64,000 bases of DNA. It comes from Okamejei kenojei. Taxonomy: Eukaryota. Below the pieces are notes generated by a model. The model did not search any database and was not told the origin of the DNA. It was given only the letters and a program-made list of their open reading frames with translations. Shown here piece by piece: positions 21,991 to 33,899 of the stretch. The first letter of the stretch is position 1; each line of letters opens with the position of its first letter. Location: contig CM069147.1 in the NCBI GenBank assembly GCA_035221665.1, forward strand, positions 1,550,001 through 1,614,000, written 5' to 3'. Position numbers and translations under genes: made by a program.

Positions 21991-24900
21991 ACCTGAACTA
22001 TTCATGGCTTTGACGCCCCTCAACTTCTCCAGAACCTTATGAAGGTTTTGCAAGATGTCACGCCAGCGGCGCATGCAGTAGTTTGCAACACACCTGGGTG
22101 ACGGGTCAAGCACCATGTTACTGTCCGGCGGCTAAATCATTGCTGCCTAACGCTGGGAATGTCACCCACACAGAGATGCAGGGACCACAACACAAAACAG
22201 AAAGCAAACTGCAGCCAACATCGGGATGTGTAAGGAAGGACAACGTGACATCCTGCCTGCTCTCTAAAGCACTGCGCTCTTTAACGTGCCTACAAGGTGA
22301 GCAATCACACCACCTTTGTATAAAACTGCTGGAAACAGTCATCACAACAATAATATTCTTTCCCCCTCTCATTTCTGAAACATTTAGCTCACATCAATCT
22401 CCGGCAGAATGCAACGCCAATGAATTACATCAAGTGCATATTTAACACCACATTTGTCCACAGTAGCTTACATGCATATATCATGGCCTCATTTGAATTG
22501 ACACAAGGCAATAATTCTGATAAGTGATTTCACACATCAGTTTGAACAATTGGTATTTAATGCTCACTGAAAAGAAATAATCAACTGAGATGAAGCTTAG
22601 GGGGAAAAAAACTCTTCCATCAAGGTGAAAGGTTTTCACCCACGTTAGCCCATAGAGAGAGCAAGAACATATTGTAACACCGAGCAGCCAGTCTCTGGAT
22701 CTGGATGTGTGTTTCACTTCAGCTTAATAATACAGTTGACTGAAAACTAAAATATCAAACTTGGTTAATGCAGTTATACGTGAAGAGATGTACTGTGAGA
22801 GACATGCAGCAGCTTGTGCGATGATGAAACATGTCTTTGTTCAGCAAGTTATCAACTTCCACCACTGTAACACAGAATACTGCAAATTAAAGAAACGACC
22901 TCCCTCTCACATGCATCACAGCATCACCTTTACCTTGCAAACACATGAAGAATAAACAGACCCACACCACACACTGCAAGCGCCACATACATTTGTCGAG
23001 GAACAGAATCGTTCTATTCCACCTGCTTAATTAGCTATCAGCTTTCTAACAGGCAAAACAAAAATCAATTTTAGCTAAACATATTTATGTCACTCATCCA
23101 AATATAGGAAGCACTGAATATTCTCGTTATTTCTTATGTTTTATTCTAAATATCCACAGCCCAGCTACTGCAGAATTCACATACCATCTGCACCATTCTT
23201 TGGAAAAGTCATTGTTACATCAATCACAAAACAAGGACATCTATCAGCCTGCCGAGCACATTTGGAACATAATTCATTAATTCAGCTTTTAATATTCATA
23301 CAGCAGCAATATTGGATCCAAATGCAGGAGAATAAAACTCTATAATTGTTATTAACTGCAATAACATAACAGTAGTTTTAATCCGACAACCTTTACAATG
23401 ATGATTTGACTTTGGCAACATGAGTTGGATTAATGAAGAATGATGATCGGTTGCCAAAGTGTTCAGACATTTCACAGCATACTGAGGAGTGAGTGGAATG
23501 ATGTAACTCAGAATGCATTCATTACATTAAAACCACTGGCTACAAACCTAACTCTGCAAGGCAAAAATAAATACGTTACTTGGATTTGGACTGTGCATTG
23601 CCTGCATCTATTAATACATCTAATTTCTTCCACGATATTAGTAACAAAGACATATCAGGACTAAACTTGCATTTGTTTATTTGCAATGTTAATTTGCAGA
23701 GTGTGGAATGTCTTATTAATTGTAATGTTATTTCTAGTTTGATAAATGTTTACCCAAGTTGATGTCATAAGGATTCTCTCCTGGGGTCAAAACTGATAAT
23801 GTCAAACTCTATCTTTAACGGACATTTTCACATTCTCTGGAATACTTTGGTGGAAAAGCAATAACGAGTTCATTTTTGTTTCATGGATGTTGGGGTGAAT
23901 TAATATTTTAATATATAGTTTGAGACAATTACAGTATTTCCAACAAAATGGCATCATTGCTGTTTAGTGGCGAGCAAGATCCCACAACGGTATGTTCAAG
24001 AGAAGATGTGTAGGGTTGCCTTTCGCTGAAGGATGTACAGCATTATGACCAGACTTGTGCATCATTCTAGATCTCTGATCTTCAACACTAACCAGGGGAC
24101 TGGGAGTTGCTGAAGCCAAGTCATAAATGCCAGTGTTAAATGTCCAATTTCTCCTTAAAGCCTATAATATGCAGGCCTTTGTGATCTTACATGTTCGAGT
24201 AAGATGTTTTTGTTTGTGACTTTAGAGCAGAATTCATTTTACTTTGGAAATAACTGCTGTTTGGCAGAGCTTTGTGCAATTGTAAAGGACAGGGTTGTAA
24301 GAAATAAGTATGTGAAAATGCACCTACTGCTGATCATTTCTGACTGGAACATGGAAACGGTGTCATGTTACTTCATCTGTCGCGCCGTGTAACATAACAG
24401 GACTGAATTATCGAAAATTAAGGGATTATATTTAACATGTGCATGTTACTGTACAGTGGTCCCAGTGTAGATAATAGATATTGATGCTGTGGGAACGCAA
24501 GCTTGCTTCCTGAATGATGCTGCCTCTTCCCAAACCACCCCCATCCTCTTCAGTGCTACAAATTTGATCCAGCTCCTAATGATAAATTTTAGGTCTGGCT
24601 GCTTTTTTTTAAACAAAGCATCAAGCGACAATGCACACGCAACGCTCAAAGACATAATGCAAATGTACATTGTTGGACCGTGTTCCCATTTATTCCCGCC
24701 TTACATTCAGCACAGATTTTGCACAAATAATGACAGGTTGAATAACAGGAACCGCACACCCCTTACAACCTCAGTGCTTTCTGACTAATATTGCTTTGCT
24801 GTGATACCAACATGAATTCCCGCCATCGCTTATAATGCTTCTTAAATTCGCAGATAAATTATATATTAACGTGAAATAATAATTTCCTTTGGTGCTTAAA

Positions 24901-26229
24901 TGAAGCATCTAACGCACTCCACGAGCGAGCACCTGGTGTAAGCTGGGCTGGAAGTTGACAACTCAACAGCAGGTGAGTGCAGAGCCACCAAGGTTAACCG
25001 CTGCCAGCTCAGAAAACTCGCACAAGAAATGTTTTTATCACAAACATTGGCAAGAATCAATATGGTGTTTCGTTCTGGTCCTGGGCTCCGATCAGCTGCT
25101 ATTCCGCTTTGATCAGCATGTCCTCCGTTGGGCTTTTATCGCTGGGGTTTAGATTCTTCCCTACAGCCACCAGGCTATTAAACACTATAACCTCTAATAA
25201 GCTGTGAACTGCATCGACTATTATTGTTATCATTGCACTATTAGTGTTGGTTTTGTATGTGTGCGAATATAATATATATATATATACAATACGATAGAAC
25301 TGTATTTATCCCAGGAGGGAAATTGATGATATATACATGTGTGTGTGTGTATATGTGTGTACATGTGTNNNNNNNNNNNNNNNNNNNNNNNNNNNNNNNN
25401 NNNNNNNNNNNNNNNNNNNNNNNNNNNNNNNNNNNNNNNNNNNNNNNNNNNNNNNNNNNNNNNNNNNNNNNNNNNNNNNNNNNNNNNNNNNNNNNNNNNN
25501 NNNNNNNNNNNNNNNNNNNNNNNNNNNNNNNNNNNNNNNNNNNNNNNNNNNNNNNNNNNNNNNNNNNNNNNNNNNNNNNNNNNNNNNNNNNNNNNNNNNN
25601 NNNNNNNNNNNNNNNNNNNNNNNNNNNNNNNNNNNNNNNNNNNNNNNNNNNNNNNNNNNNNNNNNNNNNNNNNNNNNNNNNNNNNNNNNNNNNNNNNNNN
25701 NNNNNNNNNNNNNNNNNNNNNNNNNNNNNNNNNNNNNNNNNNNNNNNNNNNNNNNNNNNNNNNNNNNNNNNNNNNNNNNNNNNNNNNNNNNNNNNNNNNN
25801 NNNNNNNNNNNNNNNNNNNNNNNNNNNNNNNNNNNNNNNNNNNNNNNNNNNNNNNNNNNNNNNNNNNNNNNNNNNNNNNNNNNNNNNNNNNNNNNNNNNN
25901 NNNNNNNNNNNNNNNNNNNNNNNNNNNNNNNNNNNNNNNNNNNNNNNNNNNNNNNNNNNNNNNNNNNNNNNNNNNNNNNNNNNNNNNNNNNNNNNNNNNN
26001 NNNNNNNNNNNNNNNNNNNNNNNNNNNNNNNNNNNNNNNNNNNNNNNNNNNNNNNNNNNNNNNNNNNNNNNNNNNNNNNNNNNNNNNATTATATTGTTTC
26101 CAGTGTACTATGTTTACATGTGTAGTGTTGCTGCCAGTAAGAATGTCGTTGTTCTGTCTCGGACACATGACAATAAAACACTCTTGAATCGTGTCAGTCT
26201 CTACAGTCTATTGCAGAAGGCTCCAAGTC

Positions 26230-27607
26230 CGCTCGGGTGCCGTGATTGTTCACCTGTCCTTTTAGATATGAAGAGGTGCAAACGTCTGCGCCAAATGTCA
26301 AGCGTGTATCGGCGCGGGGGGAACGGAGCGGTGGTTAAAGTGCGTCGGTGTCAACCTTAAATTAATGGCAAGTGTTGGGTATGTTTAAAAAAAAAAAAGA
26401 TTTAGTCAGCTATTGGTCTCCGGACAACTCCGGATGTTTTTTAAAAAATAGTCCATGCCAGAAACTGAAAAACAGTTCCCCAAAAAAGACTGAACCGAGT
26501 GAGCGCCGTCAGCCCGAGCAGCGCGGCGGCTCAGGAAACTTGGCCGTAACTATTCACAGCGAAGCTTTCAAGCAAGCAATGAAAATGTGTTTTAATTTCA
26601 CTAGGAGTTAACTTTCCATTTTGCACGCTTATTTGTTGGCGCTTGAAGTATGACTAAATACAGAAGGGTGCATGAGAGAGCGGTGCCGACACTGAAGCAA
26701 GAAAGGTGATGGCTGGAGGTAGGTCGGCGCGCTGCTCAACCCTGCCCGGCACTAACACCAGCCTCAATGTAACAAGCCTTGTAAAGCTGCCCGCTTTAAC
26801 CCCGGACTGCAAGCTGGCATTTTAGCCCAGCAGAAAGTGCGTTGAATCTTTACAAAATGCTCTGGGCCTGTTGTGAAGGAGATCGGAGCAATCTGCCGGC
26901 AGAAGACGCGGGGACGGGCACCAGCCACGGCTCACACTCTTGGATTGTGGCGATAATACTCACTTTATACATCCTCCTTCAGTTCCCCCGGCGCACCTGG
27001 TGTGTAGTGACAACGGGGCGAATGTAACATATACACCTCTCTCTCTATGTGTATTTATATATATCCATATACCGTATATNNNNNNNNNNNNNNNNNNNNN
27101 NNNNNNNNNNNNNNNNNNNNNNNNNNNNNNNNNNNNNNNNNNNNNNNNNNNNNNNNNNNNNNNNNNNNNNNNNNNNNNNNNNNNNNNNNNNNNNNNNNNN
27201 NNNNNNNATACAAACGCGTCGTATTACCGGACTGGAGTATGCGACGGTGTGACGGGGGTTGCAGGCGAGGGCTTGGGCGGGCAAGGTCTATAGAGGCGGC
27301 AATGTCTGGCCGCTCCAGCGCCGGGGTGCGAGTCTGTGTCTGTGAGTGTTTCTCGCGTCCCAGAGCGTTTGGGTCATAGCTCGGGGGTAGGACAAGACAC
27401 CGATTAAAATAAAGAAGCGCCGTGATCAGAAACACAGCCCGTTTGCTCCAGCGGCCAGACAGACAGACAGACTGACTGAGGCAGCGGGGAAATGATACTT
27501 GGCCAAAGCTGGTGTGAAATCTCTCCCCTCCCTCTGTCTTTGCCGCGACGAAGCCTCGATTGTTAATTCCACCATTCTGCCACGACGTGAAACTTTGTTT
27601 AAAAAAC

Positions 27608-27643
<36 letters not shown>

Positions 27644-29200
27644 GGCCCCGCGAGTGTGTAATTGTCCTGGTCTGGGTGTGTTTGTGTGGATCACAGCCCC
27701 GGACATTACATCCCACATTCCTTAAACGCCCAGCAGGTTTACAAACTATCCCCGGGAAAAACAAAAACCGCGGCTTCAACTAAAGTCGGATTGGCGACAA
27801 GCTGCGCCGACTAGTCTCCCCTTTGCTACTTGTCTGGGCCCCCAGACCGGCGCGGATCCGTCTAGACTTGAACGGGGTCCCCTTTGTCCCGGGCCCCGCT
27901 AGATGACCAGGGAGACAGGATATCATCTGACCATGCATTTACCGGATACAATATAAATCTAGGCAGCGAGCGGAGAGCAACGAACAGCGGAAACGTGGCA
28001 CAGGCACGGAACCAGCCGCAAATGAGCCTGTGAGGAATTGTCACATCAGCGGAGAGGCGGCGAGAGAGCGAGAGCGAGAGAGCGACTTGCAGCGAACTCA
28101 AAGCTCTGTCCAAAAGCACACACTGTCACACACACGCCGGTCCCGCCACTAAAGCGGCTTAGCGGCGAATATCTGCGCTAAGATTTATCGTGAGGAGTCG
28201 AGAAACTGCACAGAACCCGCCCAACTGATCACAATCGCGAGTGGAAGGATATTAAACATACAACTATCAGTCATCCGAGTCGTGGCAGCGCCAACAACTC
28301 CACTCCGNNNNNNNNNNNNNNNNNNNNNNNNNNNNNNNNNNNNNNNNNNNNNNNNNNNNNNNNNNNNNNNNNNNNNNNNNNNNNNNNNNNNNNNNNNNNN
28401 NNNNNNNNNNNNNNNNNNNNNNNNNNNNNNNNNNNNNNNNNNNNNNNNNNNNNNNNNNNNNNNNNNNNNNNNNNNNNNNNNNNNNNTCTCTCCCCCCTCC
28501 TTCTCCCTCTCTCCCCCTCTCTCCCCTCTCTCCCCCTCTCCCCCTCTCTCCCTCTCTCCCCCTCTCCCCCCTGCCCGGGCCGCCCGGCTTGCCCGACACT
28601 GTACATTGGTCCTGTGCCAGCCGCTATTTATTCCACTAGATTAGAAACATTTGAAACAAATCCTCGTCGCAGCCCGGACATGAAAGCAGAATCAACTTCG
28701 CGCGCCGGGACTCTGAGGAAATAATGCAATGGTTCATGTTAATGCCCCACACGGTGAAGGCAATGGTTAGTGCTGCATATACCGGTACAAGTTAGCACAC
28801 GGGGGGAGCGCTGCCAGGCACACTCTATTGTACCAAAAAAGGAAAACCCCCACTGGAATACAGTTTATCGAATTCGGGCATATAATCGATATCGATTACT
28901 CTGTGTGGGGGCAATTGTTAATTCGTAAACATCAAAACGGCCCAGTAAATAGGTAATTAAAATGGTCGGTGTGAGTGATGGCAAGGCGCGGATTAAGCAG
29001 CGGCCGGTGAGAATCAACGAAGTCCCGGCTATCAGAATAAGTAGCGGGTGGTTCAGGGCAGGCGACAACGACGACAGCACACACACAAGTTTGCCCAACT
29101 TTGCGGGGAAATAGAAATGATGTGACGTTTGTCAGGTGGCAGCCCGCTGCCGCGCTGGCCGCAGTTTGCAAAGTTGCAGACATTTAGAATTTCCAACCGC
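26230..29200. promoter_or_regulatory. Upstream CpG-rich region (distal CpG island; candidate divergent promoter or Polycomb-type island)
   Basis: Marked CpG enrichment in unique sequence relative to the flanks, no SINE/LINE insertions, interrupted by two N gaps. Confidence 0.55.
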
Positions 29201-29844
29201 GCGTTTGGTGATTTCACAAATCGGCCTTGGAGAGATTTGATCAAATGTGTAGGAAGCAACTGCAGGTGCTGCAGGAACTCAGCGGGACGGGCAGCATCTC
29301 TGGAGAGAAGGAATGGGAGGTGATATTGGGACGGGGCGCAGATATATCGTTACTGATGAGTTTGGGTGATTTTTACCCGGTTTGGGGGGGGGGGGGGGGG
29401 GGAGGGTAGATCCGGATTAAATAGACAAGTGTGGTGACTGAGGCTGATATTGGCAGCAAATTGTTGCAATCTGTACCACGCGCCTTTGGAAACGAGAAAA
29501 GAGGGGCGGAGAAATAAATAGACCGTAAATATAGTTAGCCGAACCTCTGATTTCAGTTTGTATCCGGGTGGGGAACTGGTTGAGATAGAATTTGATAGCG
29601 GGGCAGAATTACTGTTGCAACGATTTAAATTCACAGAGAAACAAGGTCCGAAACTCCACAATTTTCAATAAACTACATTTATACTGTCAGGTTCATCTGA
29701 ATACAGAACAGGTGTAAACAGGATCAGCCCGCGCCGCGCTGGTCCCAGCGATGCCCACACACAAACTCCACACATCCCCGTACCCTACAAACGCTCATCC
29801 ACGCCGCCTTTTCCAATATCGAGTTTATAAATTAAGACTCGGGC

Positions 29845-29955
29845 GTGGGAGAGGCACGGGGGCCGGTGGGAGAGGCACGGGGGCCGGTGGGGGAGGCACG
29901 GGGGCCGGTGGGGGAGGCACGGGGGCCGGTGGGGGTGGCACGGGGGCCGGTGGGA
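29845..29955 (+). repeat. 21-bp G-rich minisatellite, 5 units
   Basis: Unit GGGGGAGGCACGGGGGCCGGT. Confidence 0.92.
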
Positions 29956-30039
29956 CACGGCGTTACGTGGCGTTGTTCGGGACGGTGCTTGGGAAGGAAT
30001 GTTCCCGCGCGGAGGGCTGGTGTGGCAGGGCTGTGTATG

Positions 30040-30406
30040 TGTGTGCGAGTAGTGTGTGTGGGAGAGTGTGTGTGTAGTGTATGTTTGTAGTATGTGTGGT
30101 GAGTGAGTGAGTGTGTTGAGTGAGTGTGTGTGTTGAGTGAGTGTGTGTTGAGTGAGTGTGTGTGTTGAGTGAGTGTGTGTTGAGTGAGTGTGTGTGTTGA
30201 GTGAGTGTGTGTGTGTTGAGTGAGTGTGTGTTGAGTGAGTGTGTTGTTGAGTGTGTGTGTTGAGTGAGTGAGTGTGTGTGTTGAGTGAGTGTGTGTTTGA
30301 GTGAGTGTGTGTTGAGTGAGTGTGTGTTGAGTGAGTGTGTGTTGAGTGAGTGTGTGTGCAGTGTGTGTGTAGTGAGTGAGTGTGTGTGCAGTGTGAGTGT
30401 GTGTTG
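30040..30406. repeat. (TG)/(TGAG) compound simple repeat
   Basis: Directly visible. Confidence 0.95.
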
Positions 30407-30409
30407 TGT

Positions 30410-31600
30410 AACGCCCACACACCGCGCCGATGTGCTGCGAGTGTGTGTACACGCCGTGACACTGATAGATAGGCCAATGGTGAGACGGACAGATGTTAGG
30501 GCGGTTCTAACGGAATGTGCCCGTCTACATTGGGCTAAAACCATCTCGATTCAGTAAAGTCACTTACTCCGCCCGAAAGCGAGGACGCAGGTCGCCGCTC
30601 TACCGTTCACACCGCAGCCTGCCTGCCCGACCAGCCCGACCAGCCGGCCGACCGGCCTCCCGGGCTGGAGAGAGAGATAGAGAGAGGGAGGGAGAGAGAG
30701 AGAGGGAGAGAGCGGAGAGGGAGGGGAGAGAGATATATAGAGAGAGAGGGAGGGTGGGGAGAGGGGGAGAGAGATAGAGAGAGAGGGAGGAGAGAGGGAG
30801 GGTAGGGAGGGGCGAGAGAGAGGGGTAGAGAGAGAGGGAGCTAGAAATATAGAGGAGAGAGGGAGGGGAGAGGGAGGGGAGCCCACGACTGGGTGAAGCT
30901 GGAGCTGCCCGCACTTGGCAGGAGGAGCGGAATCTGACAACTCACCACTTTCCTCTCTGTGTCTCAGTGTGTCCCGCTCGGCAAACAGATCGTCACTTCC
31001 AGGAGCGGGCAGGTTGCGTGTGGCGAGCGGAGAGAGCGGGACACACACCGATTACTGGGGGCATCGTGAAGCGGGCAGCGCGTACGTGGGACTGGCGGCA
31101 CGGTGCCAGCGGCGAGAGCGGGATGAGAGGAGCCACGGTCGGCTCGGCGCGCACATGAAGTTGTGACGCAGGATATTGAAATCTGCCCAGTTTTCAGACA
31201 CTTGGAATATTTCCAGCGCTCCAGAGGATGGAGGAGACGCGCCGCCAGTGAAGCCGCCGCCGCCGCCGCCGCCGCCGCCGAGCAGCAGCAGGATCGCCCG
31301 CAGCAGCAGCGCTCTCGCCCGGCGCCCACTCGCTGCCCGGGGCCCGGCAGCCGCTGCCCGTCGCTGGGCTGGGTCGGCCCATGTTGGCCCGGCCCCCGCC
31401 ACCCACCCACCTCTACATGGAGTCGCTGCCCCCGCACTGGCCCAGCTGCCCCCCGCCCGTCTGACCTCCCGCACTCGCACCCGGACCCGGACCCGCACAT
31501 GAGCCTGAGCCGCAGCGCCCACCCGCCCGGGAACGGAGCCGCTCCTGCCCGCCACACCGACACACAGCGGCCGCTGCCTGTGAGTAGCACCCGGGGCGGG
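30410..31600 (+). promoter_or_regulatory. CpG-island promoter and probable 5' UTR exon of the teashirt gene
   Basis: CCAAT at 30474, ATTGG at ~30529, GC boxes at ~30499 and ~30569, a GA-rich tract at 30668-30880, (GCC)9 at ~31253-31279, and donor-like CCT|GTGAGT at 31580. Confidence 0.6.
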
Positions 31601-31999
31601 GGGCAGAGAGGGGGGGGGGGGGGGGGCAGAGTGGGTGAGGGGGGAAGAGGGTGGGGGGGGGACAGAGTGAGTGAGGGGGGGGAGAGAGTGGGGGAGACAG
31701 AGTGAGAATGGAGGATGGGTGGGGGGGAGGCAGAGTGAGAGGGGAGGGAGTGGGGGAGTTGACTCGCCTCTCTCTCTCTCTGTGATTCATCCTCACCCTC
31801 ATGGCCAGTAAGTGTGAAGAAGCAGCGCCAGTGTGTGTGTTGGGGGGAGGGGGTCGCGGCCAGGGGGGGGGGGGGGGGGCGTGGGGGGAGTTTGCGGTTT
31901 GTTTCGCTGTTTGTGGAAGTTGACAATTAAAGAATGTGGAGTTTGGGTGACGCGAGCCTCGAGTTTTCTTTTAAGTTTGTCTGATGCGGGGGGGGGGGG

Positions 32000-32460
32000 G
32001 AGTGTGAGAATATGTGTGTGTGTGAGTGAGTGTGAGAATATGTGTGAGAGTGAGTGTGTGAGTGTGAGAATGTGTGAGTGAGTGTGTTTGAGTGAGTGTG
32101 TGATTATGAGAGTGTGAGTGTGAGTGTGAGTGAGTGTGTGAGTGAAAGTGTGAGAATATGTGTGAGTGTGATTATGAGTGTGAGTGAGTGTGTGTGAGTG
32201 AGTGTGAGAATATGTGTGAGTGTGTGTGAGTGAGTGTGAGAATATGTGTGAGTGAGTGTGTGTGAGCGAGTGTGTGATTATGAGTGTGAGTGTGTGTGAG
32301 TGAGTGTGTGATTATGAGTGTGAGTGTGAGAATATGTGTGAGTGAGTGTGAGAATATGTGTGTGTGAGTGTGTGTGAGCGAGTGTGAGTGAGTGTGTGAT
32401 TATGAGTGTGAGTGTGTGTGAGTGTGTGTGTGATTGTGAGTGTGTGTGAGTGAGTGTGTG
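32000..32460. repeat. TG/GAGT compound simple repeat
   Basis: Directly visible. Confidence 0.95.
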
Positions 32461-32609
32461 CCCTCTGTCCCTCGCCCTCACCACCCTCTGTGTGTCTCCG
32501 CCCGCAGCCCCGCCGCCGCCGCCGCCGCCGCGTGTATGAGAAGGCCGCCGGGCCGGTCCGCGCCGCTGCCCCGGGAGGAGAGGGGCTGATCTGGGGCTGA
32601 GCGGGCAGG

Positions 32610-32649
32610 ATGCCCCGGAGGAAGCAGGAGGCGCCCCGGCGCTCGGCAG
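32610..32649 (+). CDS. TSHZ1: Teashirt zinc finger homeobox gene, first coding exon (40 nt, MPRRKQEAPRRSA + 1 nt); most similar to TSHZ1
   Basis: ATG at 32610, in-frame stop TGA at 32598-32600 upstream, donor CAG|GTAACG at 32650. Vertebrate TSHZ proteins begin MPRRKQQAP(R/K)R(S/A)A, encoded by a 40-nt phase-1 exon followed by a long intron. RRSA is the TSHZ1 variant. Family assignment is firm; paralog identity is less so. Exon 2 is not in the window. Confidence 0.85.
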
Positions 32650-33199
32650 GTAACGGCCCGGGGGGGTGGGGGGACCGGTCAATCCCCGAGTCTGTCAGGA
32701 GGGGGGTGACGACCCCTCCCGGTCTTTGCTCAACTTGCCCCCCCCCCTCAGGTCAGCGACAGCAGCCGTGGCGGGTCAGTCTGAGTCTGGCGATCAGTCT
32801 GGATCTGTGGTCAGTCTAATCATGGCCAGTCTGTGGCCTGTCTGAGGTCAGTCTAGGTCTGGGGATCAGTCTGACTTTGGCCAGACTAACTGCAGCCAGT
32901 CTGGCCACTCTACATCTGTGGTTTAGCTGTGTCCAGCGCTGGCTGTGTCTATTCTGTCCTTGTGTCCAGCTGTGGCTATGTCCACTCTAGTAGCCCTAGT
33001 AGCCCTGTGCCCCACCTCGGCCATGTCCAGTCCAGTGTCCAGCTCGGTGTCCAGTGTAGCTGTGTCCAGTCAGGGTCATGTCCAGGTGTATTGTGTCCAC
33101 TCTGGCCATGTCCACTCCAGTGTGGCTGTGTCCAGGGGCAGTGTCCACTGTAGGCATGTCCAGCCCCATGTCCACTCTGGCCATGTTTACTGTAGCGGA

Positions 33200-33850
33200 A
33201 CAGGGTGCAGGAGAGTGGGGTGCAGGATAGTGCGGGGTGCTGAGGGAGGGTGCGGGGTGTTGCAGGGTGCGGGGTGTTGCAGGGTGCAGGGTGTTGAGGG
33301 AGGGTGCGGGGTGCTGTAAGGTGTTGCAGGGTGCAGGGTGCTGAGGGAGGGTGCGGGGTGCTGTAAGGTGCAGGGTTGCAGGGTGCAGGGTGCTGAGGGA
33401 GGGTGCGGGGTGTTGCAGGGTGCGGGGTGTTGCAGGGTGCAGGGTGTTGAGGGAGGGTGCGGGGTGCTGCAGGGTGCGGGGTGTTGCAGGGTGCAGGGTG
33501 CTGAGGGAGGGTGCGGGGTGTTGCAGGGTGCGGGGTGTTGCAGGGTGCAGGGTGCTGAGGGAGGGTGCGGGGTGTTTGCAGGGTGCAGGGTGCTGAGGGA
33601 GGGTGCGGGGTGTTGCAGGTGCGGGGTGCTGCAGGGTGCGGGGTGCTGCTGAGGGAGGGTGCGGGGTGCTGAGGGAGGGTGCGGGGTGCTGAGGGAGGGT
33701 GCGGGGTGTTGCAGGGTGCGGGGTGTTGCAGGGTGCAGGGTGCTGAGGGAGGGTGCTGTAAGGTGTTGCAGGGTGCGGGTGCTGAGGGAGGGTGCGGGGT
33801 GCTGAGGGGGTGCGGGGTGTTGCAGGGTGCTGTAAGGTGTTGCAGGGTGC
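33200..33850 (+). repeat. G-rich compound minisatellite
   Basis: Modules GGGTGCGGGGTGTTGCA / GGGTGCA / GGGTGCTGAGGGA. Confidence 0.95.
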
Positions 33851-33899
33851 ACGTTGCTGCAGGGATCCTCCCCGTTAACAATGGGTCCTGGAACTGGAA

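Noticed and set aside
21990-22130. Minus-strand peptide RRWRDILQNLHKVLEKL resembling a Myb/SANT helix
   Set aside because: Too short, without the other conserved residues or convincing splice context.
26870-26972. Minus-strand VPVPASSAGRLL resembling PTGR3 exon 1 (PVPLPGDGDLL)
   Set aside because: The similarity is limited to a few residues, the surrounding PTGR3 motifs are absent, and no exon 2 was found.
30964-31926. Long Pro/Ala/Gly-rich ORFs on both strands in the CpG island
   Set aside because: Stop-codon depletion in GC-rich and triplet-repeat DNA explains them; no recognisable domain.
32650-32819. Continuation of ORF 32610..32819 beyond MPRRKQEAPRRSA
   Set aside because: Similarity to TSHZ ends exactly at the GT donor; the rest is intron read-through.
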